From: Lentisphaerales bacterium
Lineage (GTDB): Bacteria > Verrucomicrobiota > Kiritimatiellia > JAUXFM01
Direction: 5' to 3'
Assembly: GCA_030622955.1 (NCBI GenBank)
Contig: JAUXFM010000003.1
Location: 1-60,575 of the forward strand
Length of the DNA: 60,575 bases
The notes beneath the pieces are model-generated. The model saw only the letters and a list, made by a program, of their open reading frames with translations. It had not been told where the DNA came from and did not search any database. Positions within the stretch are counted from its first letter, which is position 1. Each line of letters begins with the position of its first letter. The position numbers and the translations under genes are program-made. Positions 18,901-27,488 of this stretch are shown here, in pieces.

Positions 18901-21206
18901 CCGGGTGCCTGGTCGGCCACCATGCCCTGTGCCCTGTAAATGCGGGCGGACAACTTGGCATTTTCGACAACGAATTCTGGATCAGAGAAGAGGAGCAGCG
19001 CCATTGCTGCGGTGGCTTCAACCTGGGGTCCAAGCCGATTCCAGTCAAGTTTCTCAATTATATCGTTTGGCGTGTCAACCTTGGATCTGGAGCCGTTAAG
19101 GGTTGCCCAGGTCATGCCCTTGACGCCGAAACTTTTGAGTGATCCGGTCAGGGTACCAACATAGCCCGTGATATGCGAGGATTGTGACGAAAGGCTGTCC
19201 ATAGGGGCCAGGTTGACGCCCAACCGTACGCGGTCAGGAACGAGCGCTTGCCCGGACTTCTCGACCTTCTTGACCCAGGCGGTGAAATCCTTGGCATTGC
19301 TCTTCTCATCGAGGAGCAGAAATGCATCGTAGAAAGCGGGACCTGCTGCAATCCCTGAATCGGAGATATCGAGACCCATCACGAATGAAATGGGCCTTAC
19401 TTCATCCATCTCCCTTGCGATAATGCCGAGCTCCGACGCTAGATCGAGACGGCGTTGATTGTGCTGCTTGTCGATCTCGAAGCGCCTGTCGTTCGCTTCT
19501 TTCTGGCCATTGATACGTGCCAGCATGCGTTGCCAAAGGATCTCAACATCGGTCCTGAATTCGTCGGTGATCGGTTCTTCTTCAATCAACTGTTTCTGCG
19601 TTACTTGGATATGCTGCCTTTTTGCTTCCAGCTTCTTGACTTCCACTCCGAGCTTGGCCTGCTCCTTGAGTAATGGATCCATGACCGAGGCGGGCGCCAC
19701 GGTGCCTCTTTCTTCATGCTTATTTTTAAGTTTGTTGATCTTACGATCGACCCTGCTCTTGGTGAGGCGCAATGGATAGAGCACCGCATCAACTACCAGC
19801 ACTTTCTTCTGGACCTCTTCTTTGACATACCTGTGCAAATCTTTGAAATCGGGGCGACTGACAAGATCCAGGATATCGTCGCTGGCGATGTCGGCATGCT
19901 GAAGGGCAGCATCAGTGAAGCACAGGGGCAGTGCTGCAATGAAGATAGTGAGGGCCGATACGACCGCCACACCGACGCATTTCAGATGTCTGAGGTCGGG
20001 CCCGGTCGTATTTTCGGACCGTTTAACGGTGGAGGGCCTGATCAACCAGACGGCAATGAGTCCAATGACACCTGTCAGGACCAGGATTATGGGAATTGTC
20101 TTTGACCGGGAATCGTCGTCGCAGACGCTCATGCTGGTCTTGAGCCATTGAGCATAGCCCTGGAGTCCGCTGAGGGGCTTCTTCTTTTCCTTGATGAGGC
20201 CGGCCAGTTTTACGTGATTGTCATATTCCTGACGATTCTTGGCATCTGACTTCTGGAGTTGGTCCCGTACTTCCTTTAGCGTCGAATACGAGAGCAACGC
20301 CTGGCGCACACCGAGCTGGTTGATTGCGTAGGCGTCAACAAATGCGAACATGACCGGATGGCGCGGCGGATTCTTTGAGCTGTACTTGATAAGCTCAAGT
20401 GCCAGGGCAGCGTCGACAGCGGCATCAGCGCCTGGCGCCAACTCCGGGACCACGCTCATGGCATCAAAAGGCACCATCACCACTATTGCCTTCTCGCCAC
20501 CCTCGTAGTTTTCAGGTTTCACAAGAGCATATAGGTTCCTAGCCTGGACATCTTCCCATGCCGAACGACAGTAGAGAGTTGCTTCCTCACTTGATGTGCG
20601 GAGGGTCTCTGCCAACGGGCCTGCAGGGACATAGAAGCGAGGAAGGTTGATGGTCACGGGAAGCACGTGTGAGCTGAAATCGATGTGGCGATCATCTTCA
20701 GAGCCCAGGAGTACTACTGCCCTAGCACCTAGCGCAAAAACGGTCTTCCAGTTATGGCCGCCCTTAACGTTCATTACTACGATCTTGTCTCGCAGTTCAC
20801 CAACGGGCAGATCGTCCGGTTCGCCGTTACCAACGTAGATCAGCTTGCCCTTTATCCCTTCGGCAGGAGTCGTGTTCATCCTGACACCTGCGGGCCAGAG
20901 CGGGTAGATACGTTCCCTGTTGGCCCCAAGCTCTATGGTTGCCTTCTTGACCTGGGGCATCATCACGGGGAAGTCGTGCGTCCAGAGTCGCACATTGGGT
21001 AGTTCCGACAGTTCTTTTTCAAGTCGGGCACGGACGGCGGCATGTTCCGGAGAACCGACGATCCTGGAGGACACGCCACCGATCCATTTCGTGCCGGCCT
21101 GCACTCCCTTGAGAATTTCGGGGGTCGCATCATGGGGGGATGCTGACACGGGCGCAGCCGCAAGCAGCAAAGCCGCAATACAACCAGAAACGAGCAGGTT
21201 CTTCAT
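15939..21206 (-). CDS. Large membrane protein: PA/M28-peptidase-like ectodomain fused to an FtsX-like permease
   Basis: Signal peptide. SRIVGSPEH, GKLIYVGNG (PA domain), APGADAA (M28-like). C-terminal ANMRKRKLRTILT, NTMLSSLAEREREIYIYTSLGL, VPAYLAGK (FtsX). Confidence 0.82.
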   Translation of the reverse strand: MKNLLVSGCIAALLLAAAPVSASPHDATPEILKGVQAGTKWIGGVSSRIVGSPEHAAVRARLEKELSELPNVRLWTHDFPVMMPQVKKATIELGANRERIYPLWPAGVRMNTTPAEGIKGKLIYVGNGEPDDLPVGELRDKIVVMNVKGGHNWKTVFALGARAVVLLGSEDDRHIDFSSHVLPVTINLPRFYVPAGPLAETLRTSSEEATLYCRSAWEDVQARNLYALVKPENYEGGEKAIVVMVPFDAMSVVPELAPGADAAVDAALALELIKYSSKNPPRHPVMFAFVDAYAINQLGVRQALLSYSTLKEVRDQLQKSDAKNRQEYDNHVKLAGLIKEKKKPLSGLQGYAQWLKTSMSVCDDDSRSKTIPIILVLTGVIGLIAVWLIRPSTVKRSENTTGPDLRHLKCVGVAVVSALTIFIAALPLCFTDAALQHADIASDDILDLVSRPDFKDLHRYVKEEVQKKVLVVDAVLYPLRLTKSRVDRKINKLKNKHEERGTVAPASVMDPLLKEQAKLGVEVKKLEAKRQHIQVTQKQLIEEEPITDEFRTDVEILWQRMLARINGQKEANDRRFEIDKQHNQRRLDLASELGIIAREMDEVRPISFVMGLDISDSGIAAGPAFYDAFLLLDEKSNAKDFTAWVKKVEKSGQALVPDRVRLGVNLAPMDSLSSQSSHITGYVGTLTGSLKSFGVKGMTWATLNGSRSKVDTPNDIIEKLDWNRLGPQVEATAAMALLLFSDPEFVVENAKLSARIYRAQGMVADQAPGEPVARIPMSGYVTTMVPANKSKKYVSFLNPVPGLRHLEFVRTGPDGQFVIDGISGGSGHGSMRNLMMMAYAIEEDGRVSRAINKSEGGKGVKLTMNRRREGAPEALRGVVFTCEGVTIPGFFDPRFLSELPDMTVLDAKRGPPKRINADLYRDIINIYVEPDTSWQVLLRAGSVGNRMIFANVMPSEEAEGKSIRQTLRGFKGSNIGAHPFYAAAQDFYNLDARRVSDYKKAGIVSKPIEELQKRTKAELALADEALAKNDGREFFRASTAALANEIRAYQTVRKTADDVIRGAIFLLLALIPFSYAMERLLFASGHVYKQIFGGFMIFAVMAAMLFAFHPAFKMSSLPVMIVMAFGIISMSILTISVIFSKFENELERMRSSMAESISAKTSRLGLLSTAMRLGIANMRKRKLRTILTGMTIVLITFSLLCFMSASTYEGKKEYSINKPFDNHAVLIRQPADRPMPDQALRTLGTTTGKDLAIAPRYWWSVYSDTEWRLNVRNPVTGKQIQLMSGLGLSAAESEVSAVKTVCSDWDKFAENGGCYLAEDTARELDVKPGDMVVVGDSAIELIATFSSTDFDEKMMRLDGRSMLPPDYSSMDSDERSKTARSDTESAFIQMASGALGEEDSSVRALESSKIIVLPADMVREKKDCTLRNLAIPMGSAEEARNFAMKLSNRLSFPIYYTGVKEVRVVAARPLAPKAPKSVLIPLLIAGFIIFNTMLSSLAEREREIYIYTSLGLAPVHVGVLFLAEAITYGLLGSIFGYVAGQGLAKVFSALGWMGGITLNFGGTQAIITMSLVLVIVVASSLVPAYLAGKVATPSNKMTWIVPAPEVIPNGYMIKDALPFTATARTAAGIGAFLYEFFDAHKDGNIGNFTADSIGLKEAVEDGCRTIVVTSTVWLSPYDFGVRQNLRLTISDLLEEEDVYEIRVELTHGSGQLTSWRRLNKMFLGDLRRQLLGWRKLEAKSLVAFIEQGDELLAKV

Positions 21207-21208
21207 CG

Positions 21209-23284
21209 TTATAGAATTTCCTTCATAAGGCGCACCATGCCGGGGACCAATCCCCAGAGCACAAGCGCAGAAGCTTCACCAACAATGAGGCCCAGGCAGA
21301 ACGGCGTGAACGTTCTGTAGAGTCTGGAGCCTCCATAACGCAATACCAGCTTCTTTAATGCCCAGCCTATGAAAACACAAACCCAGGTTCTGCCTATCCA
21401 CCAGGTATGCATACAAACCATACCGATAGGATGGATTGGCCATACGGGGAACGACAACGAAAGGAATTGCAAGATAACAGCAAGCCCTACGCCAAATGAC
21501 AGGTGGCCGAGCCTGCTGTAAGGAGCCGTTTGGGGCTGGCCCTTTCCTATAACGTTGTCGATGGTGCCAAGAGACACGTTCCAGTCTTTGAACCAGTAAG
21601 GGTTCAGAGGAGTCTGGTAGCCGTCCATCGTGACACTGTGCTGGTAGTTGCCCTGTACGTGGACTGCACCACAGACAATGAGACTGATAAAAAGAACTGC
21701 CAAAAGGATCCAGCCCAGCCGCCATCGGTGCCGGGGTGTTGATTCTTCGTCAATGGCCATGCCCTGTGCTGCCAGCGCAGCGGGACTGGCAATGGAGGCG
21801 CTGGCGAATATTGTATTGAAGATGCGTTCGTAGTAAATCGCATGTGCGGTCACAGCGGCGGGCGGAAAGAGCCAGACAAGTTGTCCGAGCAATACCGGCA
21901 TGCGGAGGAACGGGACGCCGGATTCTGCAATAACGCGCGTGATTACCAGTGAAACCATGAACGCAAAGCCAACGTAGAGGAGCGCCCAGCCAGGTGTCAT
22001 GCCGACCCAAGCCAGCCAGGCATAGATCCCAACGCAGCCCAGTATGAACATGAGCGCAGCTTTGCGGTAAGTGACGTCTTCCTCGGTTTTCGCCTTTCTG
22101 AAGATCAGTCCGAAAACCCGTTTCCAGTGGGATCTGCCAAGGAACAGGATCACTAGGGAAATTCCAATCATGCCCCCCATACGATGGTTGTCTATGGCAC
22201 CACCGTGATATGGCGGCCAGTATGCCTTGGCCAGCATTTGGTATATGCCATAACTCAGCACGAAAAACCATATCGAAAAGTTAATACGGGTGGGCATGAA
22301 ATAGGCCACACCTATCACCATGAAGAAGAGCATGCTCGATTTGATATAGCCCGGTAGATACGTGTAGGGTATTTCCGTAAAGAATCGACCCAGGTCCCAA
22401 CTGAGGGGTACGGCAGGAACAGCTCCCGGAGAGAAGTGGTTCCATTTGTCAAGACACCGCAGTATGAAGACGGCAATCACTGCTGCCCAGAAGATCTTGT
22501 TGTGGAAGAGCGGCCCGAATTTCTTGCCCGGGCGTGGCGGCGCAACCAGTGATTGCTGCAATGTCAACATGGGGAATGAGAGTCGCTCATTCTTGCGCCA
22601 CTGAGGCAGCACGATCTGGGCAAGTGCAATCATCATCATCCACGAGAAGACGAGCAATACACTCCAGGTCAACGTGGGCACCGCCCATTTCTTCCAGGGG
22701 ATTGGCTGCTTGGGGCCGCCCGGATCCTTCGGATCCAGTGGCGGTAGCTCTTCTATAAAGTAATCGCCGGCAGGTGTTGGTAGCCCGGCGCCCAGCTCAT
22801 CGGGAAACAGGGCATCTGGCGCATGGGGCAACTCGATGTTGAAATTTTCTCTCGCGAACTGGCTGAGGCGTGTCTCATGTCTCACGTAATCCCGGTAGAC
22901 TCGTGAATAGCGGTTATTCTGGTTGGCGTGTTGTGGTGTTCCGGCCATATGGTAGGGCAACCTGCGGAGAAGCCCATCGCCGGGCAACGAGGAAGAGATG
23001 AGCACAATGGCCACAATTACCAGCATCTGCCGGAAGTTCAGCGACATGCGACGATTGATCCAACAGAGCAGCGGGTTAAAAACGAGAACGAAAAACAGGA
23101 TGACGAACATGAAACCGGGCGACAGGTACCCGTCACAAAGATCGGCGGCATAATTATTTGAGTTGATTATGACGTCAATGTAAGGGGTGGCCACCCATAT
23201 GAAGAGTCCGCCGAACAGTCCGAGTAGTATAGCGAAGAAAAAGCGGGTACCAGTCAATTTGCTTGTGCGAACTTCCTTAGTCAT
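21209..23284 (-). CDS. DUF6785/DUF6784-like polytopic membrane protein
   Basis: IPWKKWAVP, QWRKNERLSFP, TRVIAESGVP, WPIHPIG, GWALKKLVLRYGG...PFCLGLIVGE. Start set at ATG 23284 after GGGAGA. Confidence 0.8.
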   Translation of the reverse strand: MTKEVRTSKLTGTRFFFAILLGLFGGLFIWVATPYIDVIINSNNYAADLCDGYLSPGFMFVILFFVLVFNPLLCWINRRMSLNFRQMLVIVAIVLISSSLPGDGLLRRLPYHMAGTPQHANQNNRYSRVYRDYVRHETRLSQFARENFNIELPHAPDALFPDELGAGLPTPAGDYFIEELPPLDPKDPGGPKQPIPWKKWAVPTLTWSVLLVFSWMMMIALAQIVLPQWRKNERLSFPMLTLQQSLVAPPRPGKKFGPLFHNKIFWAAVIAVFILRCLDKWNHFSPGAVPAVPLSWDLGRFFTEIPYTYLPGYIKSSMLFFMVIGVAYFMPTRINFSIWFFVLSYGIYQMLAKAYWPPYHGGAIDNHRMGGMIGISLVILFLGRSHWKRVFGLIFRKAKTEEDVTYRKAALMFILGCVGIYAWLAWVGMTPGWALLYVGFAFMVSLVITRVIAESGVPFLRMPVLLGQLVWLFPPAAVTAHAIYYERIFNTIFASASIASPAALAAQGMAIDEESTPRHRWRLGWILLAVLFISLIVCGAVHVQGNYQHSVTMDGYQTPLNPYWFKDWNVSLGTIDNVIGKGQPQTAPYSRLGHLSFGVGLAVILQFLSLSFPVWPIHPIGMVCMHTWWIGRTWVCVFIGWALKKLVLRYGGSRLYRTFTPFCLGLIVGEASALVLWGLVPGMVRLMKEIL

Positions 23285-23439
23285 GGCCGAAATCGTATCT
23301 CCCGAGTTACCGTAACGAAGCATCATAGAGATACTCTGTTGCAGCCGCAACAAAATCCTGCCAATGCCACCTATTACAGCTATACTATAAGCATAGTGAG
23401 CGCAGAACAGACATTGAGGTGGGAAAGCGGGGGCATTAC

Positions 23440-23982
23440 ATGAAATTCCTCGAATTGGCCAAAAAACGGCGTAGCTTCAGGCACTATTCACCTGAGCCAG
23501 TAACTCGTGAAACCGTGGAGAGATGCCTCGATGCCGCGCGGCTGGCCCCTTCAGCATGCAATTCCCAGCCATGGCGATTCATCGTAGTGGACGAGCCCGG
23601 GCAGAGGCAAAGACTCGCAAATGCCGCATTTTCAGGGATTTACAGCATGAACAGGTTCGCTGGCGAGGCACCAGTTCTCATTGCGATCATTACTGAAAGG
23701 TCCAAACTCGCGGCTAAGCTGGGTGGTCACTTCAGGGGGGTGAAATACAGCCTTATTGATGTTGGTATCGCCTGTGAACACCTCATCCTGCAGGCGGCAG
23801 AGGAAGGCTTGGGAAGCTGCTGGTTAGGTTGGTTCAGTGAGAAACGCGTCAAGAAAGCGTTGGGGCTGCCGCGAGGCACAAAGATCGATGTAATGATCTG
23901 TCTGGGCCGGCCGGCCGAAGGAATTTCCGACAGGGAACCCGTCCGGAAATCCATGGATGAGATCAGGAGATATACTTCCTGA
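23440..23982 (+). CDS. Nitroreductase family protein
   Basis: RRSFRHY, ARLAPSACNSQPWRFIVV, DVGIACEHLILQA..EGLGSCWLG. Confidence 0.93.
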   Translation: MKFLELAKKRRSFRHYSPEPVTRETVERCLDAARLAPSACNSQPWRFIVVDEPGQRQRLANAAFSGIYSMNRFAGEAPVLIAIITERSKLAAKLGGHFRGVKYSLIDVGIACEHLILQAAEEGLGSCWLGWFSEKRVKKALGLPRGTKIDVMICLGRPAEGISDREPVRKSMDEIRRYTS

Positions 23983-24188
23983 TCCTTCGTCCCTCGCCAA
24001 AAGGTTCTTTTTGGATGATTTTTTTTTGACTTTCCCGTGTATTTTGATATTCGAGAGGCAGTTTCCTGACGGGTACGAGTAGGCCTGTTCAGCGTCCCGG
24101 TAGAATTCGAGGGGATGCGTGCTGACTTCTTGACAAGTCTTCAGCAGGGAACTGAATTTCACGCTCCGCATTCAAAGTGAGGAAGAAT

Positions 24189-24587
24189 ATGGATATAGCA
24201 GTATCGGAAAGACTCAGGTTCACGACGACCCACGAATGGGTGCTTGCTGTGAATGAGAAAACAATTGTAGTGGGTATTACGACCGAACGGCAGGAATGTT
24301 TGTCCGATATCGTACGCATCGAGTTCCCTGATCCGGGCGACCAACTCGAAGCCGGTGATGCAGCGGGTATTCTCGAAGGCGTAAACGACACAACGGATTT
24401 CCTTGCACCAGTGGCTGGCACGGTGACAGAAGTAAATGAGAGACTTGTAACCTCACCAGAACTGGTGAACTTAGATCCCTACGGTGATGGCTGGCTCTTC
24501 AAGATGAAGCCCAAGCGCATGGGTGCCCTTGAGGATTTGATCGAAGAGCACGAGTTTGATCATGTGATGGACGATGATGAAAAGTAG
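24189..24587 (+). CDS. Glycine cleavage H-protein-like protein lacking the lipoyl-lysine
   Basis: RFTTTHEWV, VGIT, APVAGTVTEVN, PELVNLDPYGDGWLFK. ESVK is replaced by EGVN (AAC at 24384-24386). Confidence 0.85.
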   Translation: MDIAVSERLRFTTTHEWVLAVNEKTIVVGITTERQECLSDIVRIEFPDPGDQLEAGDAAGILEGVNDTTDFLAPVAGTVTEVNERLVTSPELVNLDPYGDGWLFKMKPKRMGALEDLIEEHEFDHVMDDDEK

Positions 24588-24607
24588 CCGCTGAACAGGC
24601 GCTCAGC

Positions 24608-26710
24608 TCACTTCTCAATAAACTTGTTCAAGAAATAGACTACCTGCAGGACGATTATGCCCAGCAGTATGAGGCCGCCCCAGAATCCGGTCTTTCCCAC
24701 TGAACCAGGCAGGCGAGGTTCCTCTGTGAACATCCGGCCCTGCTTGAGCGTCAGCCGCATCCGCGCATTTATGGCCCAGCCCGCACCTTCGAGGATGTCG
24801 CTGAGATCACGGCCTCGCAGTTTAAGAATGGCCACCAGAGAAATGGGCAATATCAGGATCACCAGGCCGCCAAGTATGCCAAGACTGATCTTGACCGCGC
24901 CGAGTGGCGCCAAGGTCTTAGTGATATAGGCGAAAGCTGAGCCGAGCGCAGCGATCGCAACACTGCCACCCATCAACAGGCCGCCCGCCATCAGGCCACT
25001 TGAAGGTTGGGCCTGCTTCCGCTGGCCGGTACCAACAGAGGCAAGTGCACCGGATGTCGTTTTATCGAATTTCTTTTCAGCGGCAGCGGCCATCGATTCG
25101 ACTTTACCGCTGAGCATCTTGCCGACTCTCTGGAACGGCGAGAGTATCGCTTCCATTATGCTTATAGGGTTCTCGATGATCTGCAGAATTCGCGCGTCGG
25201 ATTCATAGCCATCAATATCCCTGAAGAGTCCGCGCTTCCCAACGCACAGGTTGCCCTTGCCGCCTGCCGTCACCGGTACGGCAACTTCGTATTTCTCTTT
25301 GCCGTGGCCTGGCATCACTTCAGCATAGACCACGAAGATGTTGCTCTCCTTGGCCAGCTTACTATGTTCAGCACGATTCTCGACACGCACGCTGAAGCTC
25401 AGGTGTCGCCCATCGATTACAAGTGTGCCCATCTCGAAGACCGCCCTGCTTTCGGGCGAGTAGAGATGCGGGAAGCTCACGAAGTTGTTCGCAAGCATGA
25501 TCATGTTCGCCTGGAAGAGGATCAGTTTTTCGACGATCCTGACATTGTCCAGCGCAACTGCTGCCGTCTTGCTTTTCCCTATCAGTTTCCGGACCCCTGC
25601 GCCCAGGTCGCGGCCCGTATAGTCTGCCAGCTTCTCGTTGCCCAGCTTTTCAACTGGTGTTGCCGGCTTTTCCTTTACCCATGCCTCGTGTGCAGCAAAG
25701 AAGATCTTTACTTTCTCCCACAGTTCAAGGTTGAGTTGCTTGACCTGCCGGTCCAGTACGGGCTCGAGTATTTCTGCCTGCAGACGGTCGATTTTGTTCA
25801 CATAATAGGGATTCAGTCGGCCATCGAGCTCCAGCGAGGGCTCCACCTTCGGCCGCGAGAGCGGGGCATTCTTCATCATTTCAGAAATCGCCGCAGGGTC
25901 GCCGAGGTCAGCCGCTTTGAGCTCATCCTCGCTCAGAGCCATATGGTCGACAGTTCGCCTGTCGAGCGCGGCAGCTTCGCACTGCGCAAAGTACTGATCA
26001 ATCTTCTCCCTGAGCGAGTCGAAGAGTTCGTATGTTTCGGTGCTGGCCGGGCCGAGCGGCATGATCTCCGTCTTCCCGCCACCGGACAGGTCTCCTTTTG
26101 CCCGCCATTCGAGGAAAGCTTTCGACTGTTTCTCAAATTCTACAAGTTTCTCTTCGTTGACCCCGTCCTTGCCGGCGGGATGCGGTACGCCGCCAACTGT
26201 ATCGATAATCTCGGCTATGAACTGCTTAACATTTTCTGATTCAGCAGCTTCTGCAAGTACCACTCCTGCTTCACTTACCGGCTGATCTTCGAGTGCACCT
26301 TTTATCTTTCGGACCTGTTCGAGAGTTATCTCGCCGGCATCCGTGGCACCAAGCTGTGCGAGAATCTTCTCTGATGCGTCCCTGATGCGTCGACCGCCCT
26401 CCTGCTCCTCGTTTATCGAGTCGAGCTTGAGTGTTGTGCTGGCTTCGCCAATCCCGATCTTGTTCTTGAGTACTGCCATCATCCAAGTGATGGCATCGGC
26501 AACTTCAAAACACATGATGCGATGGTTGTCATCCGTATCGAGCAGATCGAGGAAGACGGCATCCGAGTTGAGTGATTTCAAGGGGGCACCGGTAGCTACC
26601 CAGTGGGCTTCATCAAGAGCAGGTACGCGGGCAAGGTCTTCGGGTGTATTGATCCGCAAATGGCATGATCTGCCGAATTGCTGAAAAGTCATCTTGCCGG
26701 GGCTTGCCAT
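24608..26710 (-). CDS. Hypothetical membrane-anchored protein (EF-hand-like N-terminus, C-terminal TM helices)
   Basis: 700-aa ORF. DLLDTDDNHRI, VGKRGLFRDIDG.E.DA.I.QIIENPIS and KLRGRDLS.ILE..GWAINAR resemble an uncharacterised family as I recall it. Confidence 0.8.
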   Translation of the reverse strand: MASPGKMTFQQFGRSCHLRINTPEDLARVPALDEAHWVATGAPLKSLNSDAVFLDLLDTDDNHRIMCFEVADAITWMMAVLKNKIGIGEASTTLKLDSINEEQEGGRRIRDASEKILAQLGATDAGEITLEQVRKIKGALEDQPVSEAGVVLAEAAESENVKQFIAEIIDTVGGVPHPAGKDGVNEEKLVEFEKQSKAFLEWRAKGDLSGGGKTEIMPLGPASTETYELFDSLREKIDQYFAQCEAAALDRRTVDHMALSEDELKAADLGDPAAISEMMKNAPLSRPKVEPSLELDGRLNPYYVNKIDRLQAEILEPVLDRQVKQLNLELWEKVKIFFAAHEAWVKEKPATPVEKLGNEKLADYTGRDLGAGVRKLIGKSKTAAVALDNVRIVEKLILFQANMIMLANNFVSFPHLYSPESRAVFEMGTLVIDGRHLSFSVRVENRAEHSKLAKESNIFVVYAEVMPGHGKEKYEVAVPVTAGGKGNLCVGKRGLFRDIDGYESDARILQIIENPISIMEAILSPFQRVGKMLSGKVESMAAAAEKKFDKTTSGALASVGTGQRKQAQPSSGLMAGGLLMGGSVAIAALGSAFAYITKTLAPLGAVKISLGILGGLVILILPISLVAILKLRGRDLSDILEGAGWAINARMRLTLKQGRMFTEEPRLPGSVGKTGFWGGLILLGIIVLQVVYFLNKFIEK

Positions 26711-27236
26711 ATGTCTATCTCCCGCATTATTGCGAGGGGAATGCTACGCGACCGACCTGCCATTGTCAACGGTCACCGCCAGTCGGATTTTCCCCAGTTT
26801 TCAGGCGCAGCCTAGGAGCCGGATCTGAGAGCTGTTACTTGATGATGCCTGAAGAGTGATACAAGATGCGGGGATGCGGGATAAAAGGAAGACAATGCCG
26901 TCTGCCAAGGCATAGTAGCAGAACTCGGTAACGCCATAGAAGCGTTTAGCGGCCTTTATGATATGACTGGAGAAAACGGCCAACTTCAGAGAGTTGCCCA
27001 ACCACACTGCGGAGAAGTAAACGGCTGCAAAGACTAAGGCCCTCATGTTCTGCAGGCGCTGACAGGAAAGCACTCCATTCTTTTACTTGCCCAAAGCCGT
27101 CCACCCTTGCAAATCCATCACTTACAAAGAACCACCACTCAAAACTGGGGATCGTCCTGTTGTGGATGAGATCTGAAACCCGATTTCAGCAATCTCCGAA
27201 CTCAGGATTCGGGCTTCCGCTCTCATCGCTCTCCGC

Positions 27237-27488
27237 TCAATACTTCTTCTCGTACGTCCCGGTATCGCGCTTCTCGAGCTTGTGGAAACCGGCACTCTTA
27301 GCGCGTTGATCGAAGCCGCTTTTTGATGAGCCCACGGAATGAATCGAGATGATTTTCCTGACCGAGTTGCCGCATTCGGGGCATTTCTCGAGAGTGTCCT
27401 CTGATATGCGCTGCATTATCTCGAAGCCATACCTGCAGTGCTCGCACGACTGCTTCTCTTCTTTGGCCTCATATTCATAGATCGGCAT
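27237..27488 (-). CDS. FmdB-family zinc-ribbon protein
   Basis: MPIYEY..CEHC...FE..Q..S...L..CPECG. GGAGG RBS. Confidence 0.9.
   Translation of the reverse strand: MPIYEYEAKEEKQSCEHCRYGFEIMQRISEDTLEKCPECGNSVRKIISIHSVGSSKSGFDQRAKSAGFHKLEKRDTGTYEKKY

Noticed and set aside
24055-24160. Glycine riboswitch or SRP RNA upstream of the gcvH-like gene
   Set aside because: The GGAGA/CCGAAG/CTCTCAGG and CAGG-GNRA-AGCAG signatures are not present. Kept only as an unassigned structure.
25007-26239. 410-aa plus-strand ORF
   Set aside because: Wholly antisense to the 700-aa gene with no recognisable motifs; a shadow ORF.
26720-27230. Possible ncRNA or small gene in the 500-bp intergenic region
   Set aside because: No tRNA, tmRNA, RNase P or riboswitch signature recognised, and the 90-aa ORF is unconvincing.
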